NCBI GenBank assembly: GCA_043228905.1
Contig: JBHGNT010000001.1
Location: 2,170,001-2,234,000, forward strand
Reading direction: 5' to 3'
Origin: Azolla caroliniana
Lineage: Eukaryota; Plantae; Polypodiophyta
Length of the DNA stretch: 64,000 bases
Positions 1 to 14,890 of this stretch are shown piece by piece. The notes under the pieces were generated by a model. That model ran no database searches, was not told the DNA's origin, and saw only the letters and a program-made list of their open reading frames with translations. The number at the start of each line of letters is the position of its first letter. Position 1 is the first letter of the stretch. The translations under genes and the position numbers were made by a program.

Positions 1-60
1 TAAGGTTCTCAAATTTAAAATTCACAAGAAGCTAAATTGCTGCTCATAGAAGGGCTTACA

Positions 61-256
61 AAATTTTATACATCCTTAAGAGCAAGCTACATCATAATAG
101 CATAAATGATGGATGAATAACAATAAATGTTTTAGATTCTAGTTCATGTCATATGATTAATTTCTAAATAAGACGTTATCAAAATTTATACATGCTTGAG
201 AGTCATAATAGCATAAATTATGAATGAATAACATTAAATGTTTCAGATTCTAGTCC
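61..256. repeat. Two diverged direct copies, ~120-bp period
   Basis: AAATTTTATACAT...CATAATAGCATAAAT...TGAATAACA...AAATGTTT..AGATTCTAGT occurs at ~61-145 and ~182-256. Confidence 0.7.
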
Positions 257-1123
257 CGTACAATACTGTAAGACTGGAGTATAAATGACTTAATAAGAAA
301 ACTATTAAGCGCATTACAATAGACAGTTCTCTATTTTGTGCCTAATACGCAATAAATTCCTTACTATGCTCCCCAAAATCCTTGAAGCATATAAAATTTC
401 CAGTTTCCATATTACAATGTTCTAATAGTTTTGACTTATAATATGTTCACTTCTCAAACATCTCTAGCTTTTGTTGAAAAAACATCTCTAGCTTCTGCAG
501 CATAAAACTACCCTCAAATGTACTTTAGTTCTACATACACGACTGTCAAAATATAAAAACATCAATCAGGTTGAATACACAATTTCGCTACTAGATTGAA
601 TAAGACAAGTCCAGTGCTACAATTCTGACAAATGATGAATTTATCGAACATGACACAATTTTGGACATAACAATCCTAACTCATCATCATCCATGAGACT
701 ATAATATCCTTCAACCACATTCCTAATTCACTGAGCACAAGCATTCTGCATCTAGACACCTTCGATTGGAATGAAAAAGAGTACAAAGCCAACATAAACT
801 TCCAATCATGCGTAGTATGACCCACTCCTGCAACCATAAAAACACTGAAGGCATATAACCGAGATTTGTAGAGGAATTCTAATTGATAATTATACATTGT
901 TCGCTTTAATCTGATCAAGGCTTCTTTTGGTTCGTATCTATACATAAAAGACCTGAATAATTGGAGAACAATTAAGTGCTGAATCAGCCAAATTGCAAAG
1001 ATTGCATTGCATGAAATCACAGTTCATGCTTATGATTTGAAGTAGTGTGAAGGATTGTTGGAAGTTAAGAGCTAAAAAAGAATACAGTACAAATTCAGTC
1101 ATCATCATAATAGATATAACATA

Positions 1124-4100
1124 TCATAGTTGCCACCATTTTCTTCTTTCCATAGCCTTAGCCAGCTCTGATGCCATCGACGCAAAATCTTCAGCACCCC
1201 GCTGCATGTCCTCCGTTCGTTTGTTTAGAGCCTAACAATGTAAAGTAATTTGTTCCATTAGATTTAGTGAGATGTTTGTGTAAACTTCCTGAAGAGTCAA
1301 GACCATGAGATCATTGGTTTGATAAGCCAATATGGCATGTACTTTAGGAGTGAAAATGCACTTTGAGCCCATGAACTCACTCAGGTGGATAACCTTTAAA
1401 CTTACCAGTAGGATAAGGCCAAGTACCATAAAAGAAAAAATATAATGAATTACCTATGTCTAATTAAATTATAATCCCTTCCAAACTATATACATGTATA
1501 CTTATAGCCTACCTCAAGCTTTTCTTGCCTCTCTAATAGCTTATCTCTTGCTAGTCCAGCCGCACTTGCTGCACCACCCACATCCTGCCAGAGGGAAAAC
1601 AAACAATAAACTACCTCAACACATAGATACATTTACTTATTTTGCTGTAAAAACATTATATTATATTAATGGTGGGAATCTCAATGATAAGCAAACATTA
1701 TATATTAAATCCTCCCCCTCTGTTGCCAAAAATAGAGAAAAAAACCTTACCCCTACTGTTTTATGTCCATACTTCGCTTTAATTTCATCTGTGCTACGTC
1801 TTACGGGTTTATTGTAAACTTCTCCAAAAAGCTTTGTTCTATCATCTGAAGCATCAGAATGCCTCTCCTTACCTGTATAAAAATCATAGTATCTTTTCAT
1901 CTTGTCATCATCCACAAAGAAAATGCCATGAAGATAATATTCAGAACATTAAGGCAATATCCGCCATAACTTTCAATTTTGTACCTATTGGTTCACTGAT
2001 TTGTGCTGATTCCCTGAAGCTAGAATCTTCGTCATCAATATTGATATCATCTAAACAAAGCAGATGACTATGAATTTACTCCAACTTCACTCTCCTGGCT
2101 TATCAAAGTTGCAAACGCTTACCAATGTTTAGTTGCACATCCATAATGTCTATACTTTTGCCATTATGAATTTTCGAGATATCAGGACTTGAGCATTGTT
2201 CAGGTGTTGATATTGAAGAAAATATTTCAGATAGGCTTAGAGGTGCATTTACACCACCGGATTGGTCCTTCCCAAATTTCGCACTCTTCAGCAAACCTCC
2301 CTTGATCTCCTTCAGAACACCACCTTTCAAATCCTTAAGAACACCACCACCTTTCAATTCCTTAAGGACACCGCCTTTCAAATCCTTAAGAACACCTCCA
2401 ATAAAACCCTGACGCTGACTCTACAAGACAAAAATTGCTTCACCACAATAACTGAGAATATCTCCTTACAAAACTTATGGTAGTACTTTGTTCTCAGACA
2501 TTTATTATTCATTTATTAAATAATAAATAACTATCTTCTGACTAAGAAACCCCATGTGAAAGGAGAATAACTACCTTCTGTTGTGATGGATGAGCAGATG
2601 CTTTAAGAGCAGCATCAGCAGCAGCCGATAGGTCCTTATCAAAGAATAATACCATATGGCCTTCGGGGCTGAGATGTGAAATAAATTTGAAATTCATACA
2701 CTATATAAACAGACAAGGCGAAAAACGTTTCCAAACTGTTTAATCTGATGTGTAAATGTTAAACTGGAAATATACCCCATATCATCATCACTTTTAAGAA
2801 CTGAAATTAGTACGAGTTCTCGCTTTACATCTACCTGCAACAGTAAAAATAACAAGAAACATTTATCTCTTAGTGACCATGCTTTGGCCAATCACTCCTG
2901 CAATCAACAAAATTCATGTAAATTTATATTAAGAAAGAAATGTAAATTTATACAGCTGAAGCATTATGAAATGAATAAAGAGTTGTTTATTGCCAATGAA
3001 AAGAGTCAAATAGATACCACCAAGCCATTTCCGAGTTCAGATCTAAAGAAAAAAATTCAAGACATATACAGAGCACAACAATCTAGTCTACAAGAAAAAT
3101 CACTTTGACTGCATTTCAGAAAGAAAATTTTCAAAAGCCAGATCAACAGTCATGTTAACTAGTTTCCTTGCTTCTTTAGCCCTAGACTTATTTTTCCCCC
3201 TACCCCTCCAGTAGGCACTAGTAACCTTATTTATTTCCCAGTTTTGGTCCTTAGTTTTCATATGCTGATTCATTGCTGAATATTAATTTAAAAGCCTTCT
3301 TTAATTGAGTTTATCATCCAAGAGATTCATAAAGACAAAGTTCAATTGTCTTATGTAACTAGCAACAGAATCTTCAATTAACTTTAGGTTAAGGGAATTT
3401 CAAGGTTAATTTCAATAACAGCTGTATAAGGTTAAAGCTAAACTTACAAAAGCAATCAACCCTTCATTACCACGTACAAACATTGGGAAATCACTCAGTT
3501 TGGGGTCCAGGTTATAAATTCCCGCCAATGAGAGCTGCTTCACAATAGCAAAATTTGGAAGAGATCTGAACCAACAAAATCCAATCATTAAATATGCAAC
3601 TTTAAACAAACTTGCATATCAATAAATAAAACGCATATTGCAACAAATCTCACCGAATCTCCAAAGTCCCCGTTATGTAAAGCAGAATCAACCCATGGGT
3701 TTTTGCATTTTCACTTACAAATGCTGTAGCATGGCGGCACTCTGTTGAAAAGCTTTCTGCTCCCAAATTCGTCACTGTTACACCCTGTGAAAGGTATTTG
3801 ACAAAGATGAAGACTCTTGCTTTAGTGAATGTATGAATCATCTATGAATATCTTGCTTACGTGAATGTATGAAAGGGTTACGTACCTCTTTTGAAATAAT
3901 GCTGCCATACAAAAGAACAGAATTTTCAGTGCACGTTACAAGATAGCATGAAACAGTTTCTTCTGTAATTTCCCCCGAATCTTCGGTATTATCTAGACTT
4001 GAGGCATCAGTTTTCTGGAGATCTGTTTGGATATTTGGGTGCCCAGTTAGAACAGATAAATGCAGGCTGTTCAGAAACCTTGGGCTACATAAAGAATTAT

Positions 4101-7100
4101 TATCACTAATGAAAACGTTTACTCAAACAGAGTTTCCTTATAGAGAAAGAAAAGTATGTAACTCAATAGAATTAACAAATGCATCAATAAGAACAATGAA
4201 AGTAAATTTTTGCATAAGCTGACCTAAACAGCAATGATGCAACACTTTCGAGGTGCTATCAACTTTCCAGGGACCACAAATCGTTATTGCTTCTTTGTAA
4301 TAAACCAAAGCACTGAGGGATGAATCATCTTCTACAGCATACAATACTCCATGTGATGAAGGCTTTGATAAAGAGTCACTCCTCGGGGACTTGTCTGAAC
4401 ATTCTCCTAAAGCTGATGTCCTCAGATGTGGACCAAAAAATAGGGAGGTTACTGGTTTCTTTGCATCAGAAATAGCTTTGTGTTTGGATATTATTGTGCG
4501 TGACTGTACATCGAATAATAGCACCTACCACGTTATATCACCAATTAATTAACAGGAAGACTCTTTGATACTAGGTAAATCAGCGAACAAATCAAAGTAG
4601 TTCTTAGTTTACTCACCATACCATTGGAATATCCCACAGCAACATGCCCAAGGTGATCAGAAATTGTGATGGAAGAAACCATTCCTCCATTAAGATCAAG
4701 AATGACTACACATTGAAAACCAGCATCCATAGAGAGAACTTGTTCTGAAAAAATGGCAAGGTATACCAATGTTCAAAATTCTTACAAAATTAAGTGGGTC
4801 TCTGGACACAAATAGAGAAATGTGCTATTTTATTTGTTATGAACAGCAACGTGGAAGTTTGTAAGAACATATATTTTGAACAATGCCTTTATGGCCCAAG
4901 TCGAACAGTTGAAATATGAATTACAGTCTTCCAAAGAAAATCCATGCATTCTCTTTATTATTTCACCAGCTGTAATTTGTAATGTTTGCACATGATGCAT
5001 GGCATAGAGTTGACAAAAGACCATTACCTTGAGTTTCTACATCTGTGAAGCGAACACATCTGACATCGCCTGCTTTTGAACTTACTTCATGTATTAGAAC
5101 CTACTACATAAGAGAAATATCAGCTAGAATTATAACTGTCTGATAAATCCATAAAATACCACCAATATGGCATGCATAATGCATGAAACCTTACCACGCC
5201 ACGAGCTTGAGCAGCAACCAGAATACCATTATTTGGGCAAAATTCCAAATGTGAAATAGATGATGTTGCTGTTTCTGAAAGGCCCATCTTTAACTGTGAA
5301 TAAAAACAGTGTTATCTGTACAATGAAATGATAATTTGCGCATAAAATATTAGGAAATCAAGTCAGACACTGAGGATATTGCTTTAAATATTAGAACATC
5401 AAGTCAGATACTAAGGATATTGCTGTGAACATCATGAATCTGGAGGAATTGAGAGAATAGGTCACAGAATTTAACATGAATTAATCATAATCTTGTGGAA
5501 CGGAAAGCAAGACTTAGAGTTGAATGTTTGCAGCTAATTATCTTTCTATTAATGCAACCAAAACGCAAGTAAGGGAACTTGGGAAAGAGCTAAATTCTTT
5601 TTTTCCTGAGCTAATTAGTAGTAAATGCTAATCTCCAGACTGCCGCTCAGTAATTAAGCTACATTTTTATGTAAACAATTAAAAAACTTCATTTGTAAAG
5701 TAAAAAACACTGCAGTATTATAGAAAGAATACATTTACGCTTGGAGACAAACTGCAGATCCGAGAAATGGCAGAATTGGTTGCATCCCAAACATTTAGAG
5801 AGCCATCCACATGCCCAGTTATAATGACTGTCCTGACCTTCGGCTCCCCACACAAAGATTTGTTGAATGATCCCCCACTTATGGGCCATTTTGTACCACC
5901 TGATAAAACAGATGGTAGATTACCTTTGCAGCGGGGAAGCTGCATAATATAAAATTTCAATCTGAATAACATGATATATACAAAATTCAGAGAAACAATG
6001 ATTTCTTTTTATTGGGCAGACCTGAGACAGTATCTCTGAAGTTTTTCCATCTCCAGCAAGCCGAGCTATGTTTGCAACTGATATAATTGGTTCTATTATA
6101 AATGGATTTACAAGAACACCTTCTACGATAGAGGCAGATCCATGTTCAATGTGTGAGAAGTATTCTTTGATATTAACAGTGTCATAAGCATGCAGTTGAC
6201 CTTGATTTGTTAAAACCAGAAAAGCAGGAACTGGATCAACTGGAGTTCCACCTGCCCTAGGCAATACTATCATGTCATCAAAAAGTCCCTCTAAAGGGAG
6301 TTCCAGATAATGAACTTCTTGGTAGTCTAATTGTTCTCTTGCTGTCTTCAATGGGTAAATCTGTCAGCATAACTTATAAGAGATATCATATTTATTATAG
6401 CAAAAGATAAATGAAACAACGCACTATCATAAATATTTAACCATAGAAAGCCATCCACCACCATGATGCTCATTATGTTTAATGTCAGTCACACTATTGC
6501 ACAAATATAGGATTTCCTTAGAAGTATGTTATTTTCCAGTATATAGAGATAGCAATTCATTAAGTATATGTCATTAATTCTTTCATGACATATACTTCAT
6601 GAATTGATATAGAGTTTGTATTAGCTTACCTCTTCAATTGGTCTAGCTAACAGATCTACTAATCTCTCAATTTGTGATTAAGATTTGACCACCACAAGCA
6701 CTCAAACCTCCCAATGGATGACGAGCCCATGTATGCTACAAAAAATGCTCTTCAGGTGGTGATTATGGTCACCAGAAGAGACATTGCCACAAGGAACTCT
6801 TTACGAGCCACTTCCGTAAATTATGGAAGAGAAGAAGAGAAAGAAGAGTTTGGTGGCAACGGCAGCTAAGGAGCTATTCCTTTAATCTTATTCTTACCAT
6901 AAACATCAACAATCCAAACTTCCAATAGAGCAATAATATAACAAAACGGTGATTGACTAGGCACTGTGATCAACCATAAAAGCTAACTATATATAAATAA
7001 GATGACCAAATTAGCAAGAAATCTAACCGTTAATGTTTCTGAGCATCCAAATTCCCCACCACCATAGATGAAAAGGTAGCCATCAGCATCTTGTGTGCTC

Positions 7101-10100
7101 TCCTTTTCATTAGCACACCAGCACAATGCAAGAACTGGTGCCCTGGATTTATCTTGAGATAGTTGTAGTTTCATTGAGGGAGAACTTTTCTCTGATGATA
7201 AACCAGATTTTTTAGACATCTTCTTCAAATTCCAAATCCATATGTCACCATCTGTATAGCCCACTGCCAATAAATCACCATAAGCATCAGCCCAAGAAAG
7301 GCAACAAATATCCTTATCCTCTCCTTCCTCATCACTTGCAATATCGGAAGCCACTTCAAGCTCATTTTTTGGTGCTGCTGTACCCCAAATCCTAACTATT
7401 GCCGCATCATATAGTCCCCATATGGTAAGCAAACCATTGCTATATGCTAGCAATACCCTGCAGTTGTAAGAATGTACGTCTTACATAATCCATAGAATTT
7501 TTCTCAATAACCTTACAAAATTATACACCTTGCCTATATGGAAATGGAACATGTATTATTAGCCACCTTTCAAATAAAAAAAGTTCAACCCTATTGTTAA
7601 CATGTACCGGCTGTGATTAATCTCTGGGAAAGGTAGAATGCCAATCACTGAAGGTGGGGAAGATTGTGCCGTCAATCCTGCAAATTCTCAATACGCATCC
7701 CATAAAAATATGAACAATGGAATAACCCTATTCTTGGATGATAATTAAACAAACTTATGCATCAAGGCTGAGTTATTACCCATCCTACATCACAAAATTG
7801 ATTGACTTGTACAGAGTTCCTCTCAAATGTTGTCACTTATAAATTTTCTCCATTTGTTTAATGTAATCCTCTTGTTTTCGTATAAACTTTTTGTACAAAT
7901 TGTCCTGCTCTACTATTTATTGGATTTACTTTACTTCCACAATTTTTTTTTTCCCTGTTTTCCTATGATTCCCTTTAAAAAGTACAGTTTGACGAATAAG
8001 ATATCTCTACATATATACCAAGTTCCATTACTGTTGTAAATATAAAAAGACCATGCTATAGCATCAGCTTTATAAAACTTCAAACGATGAAGTGTTGCAT
8101 TATTGGCATTTTCCTCATCCAGTAGGTTTGATCTATGAAAATACAATAAACACTTTCAGTTTCATCAACCTTCTATACCTTGGAATAAAGCATTCCATGT
8201 CAAACTTCAGTCTTTTCAGGACTATCTTTTCTTCCACGATTCCATGCCTGGGATTAAGGATAGGTTAAAAGTTCACACTCTCCAAGAGTGTGATACTAGT
8301 CACCTCCTTTGTTCATACACTAGAAAATCATTATGAGCATGATTCTCCATTATACTAATTCCTTCTTTTCCCGCAAGCACCAATACATTGAAATCGTCTT
8401 GCTAACACATTGCCACGGAAATGACATCAATCAACTATCATAACTAAACACAAAGAAAAACGACGGCACTGGAATTAAACTTTACACACAAAGAATCCAT
8501 AGTTTCTATTCTAAACATCTGAAGAACTCTCCTATGCTATATAGAGAGACTAGACTGGTTTGATCACCATAGAAAAATAAATGTTTGTTACCACTAGCAG
8601 CTTGAGATGAAATACTGTAAGGCATTTGACGAAGTTTGGACTCCTCTTTATTGTATTCAAGAACAGCTACATCACCTGTATCCTCTCCAAGGTACCTACA
8701 CAATTGCAAATGTAATTTTCACATGAGCAAAACATTTTATGATCATGATTTCATTTGATCATGATGAAGGTTAGGAATGCAACTCCAATCTCACATGAAA
8801 GGAGTGCCTTGAACAATAGCAAAAGCAGTTATGCCTGTGTGCCACCTATGGGTAAGGGCAAGTATACCCTTCTCCAAGTCCCATACCTGCAGACACAGAG
8901 ATTAGGACACAAAAGAATAATAAAATACTTTTCATTTCTGAACATCTGGAAACTCTACTATTTGCATTAATTCTCAAAATGTTGATCTCAGTGGAATGTT
9001 ACCAAATAAATTAAGTTACATGCTCATTTCATACTATTTTTTCCATGCATCAAGAATGATACCTCTAGATCATTTTCTGCTGTGATATTGATTATAAATC
9101 CTTGATTATTTGCAAACTGTTAAAAATAAGAGACACAAAACTTAGAAACAATTGAACCATGCACCATATTGCAGCTAAAAATCTAGCTGGCAAGCAAGAC
9201 CAATAGCTTGTGCCAAGTACCTCCAAGAATTTACATCTTGATCTTGAGTCAGAGACTAAGAGTCCTTCAATGCCATCAGTTCCTACTAGCTTTACCTTTC
9301 CATCCCTGAAATTGAATACAGTTACAAAATTAAAATGAATACGAAGTAGAAATCATTGACAAAGAGCAACATCAAGCATAGGCATAATTTTACAATCCGT
9401 TCACATTGATGAGCAAATGGCATACTGCCAACCCACACTGGCCAGCCTAAAATGAAAGACAGCTATGATAATCAATCATATTTCTGAAACAGTTCTCACA
9501 GCTCAATTTTCTAAAACAAAAAGAATTGAGGGCCCAATATTATACTTTTAAGCGAAAAGGGACATATATCATACAAATTCATATGCAGAAAGTTCCCTGT
9601 TAATTGAGGTTTCTCCAATTTGATCAAAGGCTAACTGCAATCACAATGGGGAAATGTAATTATCTTCTAAAATATTCCACATAAAAGGATTGGTCGTGCA
9701 TTGGGAAACATTAACCAGTGAGAGTACAATCAAAAACTATCTAAATATTTTAGCAACATTTGTGTGGTGATATTGGGAGAAGTAATTATGCGATAAAAGC
9801 AGACTGAGAGCGAGATGAGAAACACAAGAAACGGAGATTTTCAGCCAACAATATAGTAAAAAAAGATCTGGATCAGGCAACAGCCCTCCTTTACAGTGTC
9901 TTCCAACCTCCATAGCCAATCACACAATCCCTTGATTTCAGAGCTGAAAAAATGTGACAGCAAGCGAAAAGAGGGCGAGGAAGAGCAATAATAAGAAGTC
10001 ATGGCTGCCCTAGTATCTACATAGTCTTCCAAACTCCTCAGCTTAAGCTTTCATTATGAATTACCCTCATCATTCCTATTCTATTCATCCATTCATTCGC

Positions 10101-13100
10101 AAATAAAACAAAAATAAATAAACAGACCACCTAACTATGAATGCAATTGTCCTTGTTCCAACTTCCATTCCTAAAGTGGAAGAGAAGACAGCATCGACAA
10201 GATAATAGTGGGCATCACCACATCATCATGGGAATCCAGGCCTAAACCTTATCTTTTAACAATAAGAATTGTTCAAGTAGTGGCAATCTCTGTGCAGGAA
10301 AGCTTGCAAAGGGCCAGAAACTCTTTCAAAGATACATAGTAGATGTGAGAAATAAGAACCACCTTTAGAAATTACATTCCAGCAACGACTTGTGGTTACC
10401 AATACACGAGTCTTTCTTTAACCAATCAACTAGAGCCTTTTGTAGCACAAATACCTTTATGTAGGATTTTCTAAATACTTTAAATATGAAATTTATTTCT
10501 ATGAATTTGGATAACATTTTTTTGACCAAAGTGAGAAATAATAAAAACTATGTTCAGCTAACATACAATGTCCCAATAGCTAATAAACGTTGTGCAGGAT
10601 CAAAAGCAAGCTTGGATGATGTCCTTGGAATCCCATGATGTAACTGAAGACTTAAACGTATGGATGATGTATCCAAGCCTCCTTTTGGTATATCCCATTC
10701 ATTCTCCTGAGAAGCAAGTAGAAACAATAATTTTTACAGCTTGAACAACCATTAAAATTCAAGTGTCTACTTTACCACTTACTGTATAGAAGATCATAAC
10801 AGAAACAAAACTTGCGCTACAACTAAACATATATTCCAAATGTCATACGTGTGCATTAACAGGTTAGCAATTTACATGTAGAACCTAAACCTCCGCTGGC
10901 TAACATCATCATTCAAGAGGCATTTTATAATTGTGAAGTCAAATCAACTTCAAAATATAAAGACCTACATGTAGATGACACATTCTCAAAACAACATATT
11001 CAAGGACATAAATTCTCAAAGAACTGTATCTAAAATACATTATGAGATGTTGTCTAACCATAAGGAGATGGAAATTTTAATCAACAGGACAATCTGATGC
11101 ATCATCACCAGGGTAGTTGTGCATATAAATGTCGTTGTAGTCAAGGATTAAAGAAATGAATCCATTGTAAAGGCATCTAGCTCGTACATGTGGCCTAGCA
11201 TAAGCCATACACACGCTTAGAACAACCATATAGAACGAAAATAAGACTCATCTCCCAGCAGTAGAGCTTATATGATCTGCCTACCGCCAAGTGTTTAAGT
11301 GTAGTGGGTATACAACATGTACTAAGGTAGTTACGCCTATTGATAAATTCTGACTCATGTATTATTAATGTTTGTTTACTAGTAGTGCCTATCTGATGTT
11401 TGAAATGAGTTTCCAACAGCAGAGAGAGGTAGTATCCATAGCCAGCCATGCATTGCCTTCCATCATCTCAATCAGCAAAAGAACTAAGACTTCATAATTC
11501 AGATGGGGAAAGATATGCACCAGTTATCTACGAGTCAAACTTCACCATTCATCACCTTCCCAGATACATGGGAGGAGTATGCAAGTACTTTCTATGAGGT
11601 ATCACAGCAGTAACATCTGCCATATAGTATTGCATTGACCTTCCACTGCAACATCACCTCCACATATACATTGGGGAGAGTATGCAAGTACTTTGTATGA
11701 GGTGCTGTCTTCACCACAGGGATGGTAAAGCAGGCCATTCACGGACTGTACAGGAGAAGGATCATAATCATATTGTTGCAGAACACTTTAGGGACTATGC
11801 AAGAGCTTCGTAGGAGGTATCACAACAGAAATATCTGCCAGATCCAGTAGTTCCACTTGAATATCACCTCCATGGATACCTGGAGAGAGTATGCAAATAC
11901 TCTATGTGAGATACTGCCTTCACCATAGGGATGGGACAGCACACCATTGATAAACTGCGCATATGAAAGATGCAGGATCATGATGCACTTAAACGTGCCC
12001 AAGGCATGATTGCAGAGCATGTTTAATAGCGTAATGTAAGGGATTTCCTCAAATTTGGGGCAGTACCACAGGAACGGGGCCCATTCTCAAGTCAGTAGAC
12101 CCCGCTCGAAGAATAATTATCATACTATCATAGTTGGCCACTCATTGACAAGCAGTAGACAGATCAGAACCAGTACATTCCACTATCAGCGTAAAAAGGG
12201 GATGTCTGCTATCTCTGACACTCTTTGGGTTATATATAAACAATATCCCTGTGTATATTGTCAGAGTAGGGAACAGAGGCGTCCATTTGCAAATGATATT
12301 TTGCTTATAGTAGACTCTGTAGAGGCCATAAAAGACACTTGGATGAACTGACCTTTACTTACGGGTTAATAAAGATTACATAGCCACTAATTCTTTTTGA
12401 AAGGAAAATAGAGTCTCTCTCAGTTTGTTTTACTACTCAGGAATTGTGTGAACTTTGGGACTCCAAGAGAGTAGTACAGGCTTGAATTACCACAGGGTAT
12501 GCTGTGCAGTGCTCACAGACTCGGTCCTAAGATCCACTGCCTTCCTTCCAGTACTCTTAGGATACACCATCTCTTGCAGTGACTGACAACTCCAAGCATA
12601 ACAAAGTCATCAGGTATGTTCTTATTCAGATATAGACTGAGAGATATGCATTGAGCTGAGCTTCCACAGCAGTAGTTAGGGACAAAAAACAGCCATATTC
12701 TCCACACCATTGAGGATGGATAAATACATCATTCCAGATATTATAGATATTCATATATCTGACAGATTGAGATGCCTCAGTGGATATATTTGCACCTCAT
12801 CACATAAGTTTGAGATAGAGATATATATACATATATGTGTTCCAAGCGGCGGATTTGTAAGCTATGGCATAAAGATATAGAACCTAAAGATATGCAGCAC
12901 AACATACAATGAGATCCAGTGACACTTCCACTGCTCTAAGAAGGGATTTGAACCATTTTCTTTGATGGATTTCTATTATCAGACATTTTTACATTGTTTG
13001 AACTAGCGATACAGATTTAGAGACTCACAATTGAGGAGTAGAAAACTAGCACATTGAGAGTGTACAAAAACTGATGGCAGAATTCCTAAAATGTCGTATG

Positions 13101-13782
13101 TAGGTTTGTATGGATTGTTTAAAGAGACTTCAAGAGCACAATGTGAAGGATTGCGTTTAATTCCCACATAAGAGACTGTCGATTATACATTTGTCACCTT
13201 ACCTCTATCAATTTTATTTAAAAGATATATCTATACACAATATCCTCTTGTACTTTACAAGCTTTGGTTTATGGGTTCAAGTCTCACGCAATGGGTCTGA
13301 TGTTGTTTCAAGTATAGATCATATTTTTAGCTTGAAATCATGGACAGTAATTTTGGTTGGCAGCTTCAAACAGGGTTTTACAAATCCACTTTCCACAATG
13401 ACATCGCATTATAAAAGGAAATACTTTAAAATATTGCACCAATACAATATCATTGTCCAATCTAAATGCAGCACCAACATACTCTAAACCCCAAATTCTG
13501 CAATGAATAGTTATGAAAATATAATGATACATACATATGCATAATGTTGCTTCAAAAAAGCATGGCATGGAAACATATCTCATGAATTAGCGAGGTTCAA
13601 CATAGCTCAAATTTAAGCATTTTCAAGAAAGGCAGGAGGCATCAGATCTATGCAAACAGATTATTCCATCTTTGAAGAAGAAGCAAAAATCAATAGACTG
13701 AATGCCATCAAAGTTTGTGTGAGAGAGAGAGAACGCATACTTGAGGAGGAGAAGTCTTGCTTTTGGGTCTTTTTAAAAACAT
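1124..13782 (-). CDS. Lethal giant larvae/tomosyn (syntaxin-binding protein 5)-like WD40 protein with C-terminal R-SNARE-like coiled coil; about 23 exons
   Basis: ATG at 13782, exon 1 MFLKRPKSKTSPPQ ending at a GT donor at 13740. Exon ~10706-10567 encodes HHGIPRTSSKLAFDPAQRLLAIGTL, the typical plant LGL/tomosyn N-terminus. WD40 exons include 7457-7029 (LLAVGYTDGDIWIWNL) and 5941-5735 (ITGHVDGSLNVWDA). Late exons encode RSTDEIKAKYG. The last exon 1232-1124 reads ALNKRTEDMQRGAEDFASMASELAKAMERRKWWQL*. Internal exon limits are approximate. Confidence 0.9.
2285..2401 (-). repeat. Coding 24/27-bp tandem repeat (GGVLK[D/E]LK x5) inside a tomosyn-like exon
   Basis: Translation reads GGVLKDLK GGVLKELK GGGVLKDLK GGVLKEIK GGLLKSAK. 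Confidence 0.85.
5346..5425. repeat. ~42-bp direct duplication in intron
   Basis: AATATTAG..ATCAAGTCAGA(C/T)ACT(G/A)AGGATATTGCT occurs twice in succession. Confidence 0.7.
11166..12810. mobile_element. Probable LTR-retrotransposon-derived remnant (solo-LTR-like) in intron 1 of the tomosyn-like gene
   Basis: Begins TGTAAAGG. Three diverged internal repeats (GGAGAGTATGCAA.TACT.T.TATGAG...CTTCACCA.AGGGATGG) lie at ~11560-11935, with a TATA-like TATATATAAA at ~12231. Composition differs from the flanking intron. No TSD or right end was confirmed. Confidence 0.4.
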
Positions 13783-14690
13783 AATGAATGATTTGCTTTG
13801 GGGGGAGGGGGTTCTTTTGCTTTCTGTCTTGCTGTTAGCCTAATGATTTATTGTCCTTTCATCTGATTCGACACAAAGAAACGCAGTGGTTAAGGATCAG
13901 ACGAGCAACGAAAGAACTTGAAAAAGGGTAGCTGAAACCGTCGATGCTTCTTCTTCTTAGCACCAAAACAGAAAAACTGAAAATTGGGATACCTACTTGA
14001 ATCAAAACGTTCATCGTTCTCCTTTTGATTCCTCTGTTTCTGTCTTAGCATGAGTGTTTCTTTTCCTTCTTCTTCTTCAATCGAGGGGGGGAGGAAGGAA
14101 TCAAAGCCTCAGGAAGACTTCATAATCTATTACCAAATAATGGATTCCCTCTGGCTTTTCAGACTAATGCCTGCAAAATAGAACAACCAGCATAACATTT
14201 ACATATGCATAACAAAATGCCCACAATCTAAATAATTAATGGGCTACCATCACAGCCTTTGTTTGGGGCACCAACATACGTGATCTTTTTTTTTTTCCTT
14301 TTTTTTTCTTTTTTTTCCTTTTTTTTCTTTTTTTTTCTTTTTTCTTTTTTCTCTTTTATTAGAGCAAAGACCATATTAAAACAATGCCTTGGTTGTTGCC
14401 TAAGAAGGGAGGGTGTGTCACTCTTTTCAAACCAATGTACCGCAAAAGTCTCTGTGAAGTGAGCCCTCCCTGGCCGTAGCTCTCTTTTTAAGGGGGCGAG
14501 AAAGTAAAACTTTACGATATTCATGACTCGGTCCCAATGTCTTTTCATTGCCTTTCCATATTTGCATCGTGCTTCATTCAATAGCCAACAATGAAGCAGT
14601 GTCACATTGTTTTGTATGTATTGAGGAGACAATCCTCTTTTTCATACCTTTTCCTGTTTCATGGCTTCGTACATGTGGGGAATCAACTTA

Positions 14691-14890
14691 TGGTCAAGAA
14701 GGTCTCTTACCATTATATACAGTACACATGTAAATATATGGACAACAATTGTCCAATGAGCTAATTAGAATTTAGTAACGAGGCCATACATGGTCAAGAA
14801 GGTCTCTTGCCATTATATACACTACACATGTAAATATATGGACAACAATTGTCCAATGAGCTAATTAGAATTTAGTAATGAGGCCATGTA
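14691..14890. repeat. 100-bp tandem duplication
   Basis: TGGTCAAGAAGGTCTCTT...GAGGCCAT starts at 14691 and again at 14791; the copies are nearly identical. Confidence 0.9.

Noticed and set aside
14228-14632. Lys-rich/Phe-rich ORFs
   Set aside because: Produced by a T-rich low-complexity tract (14284-14358).
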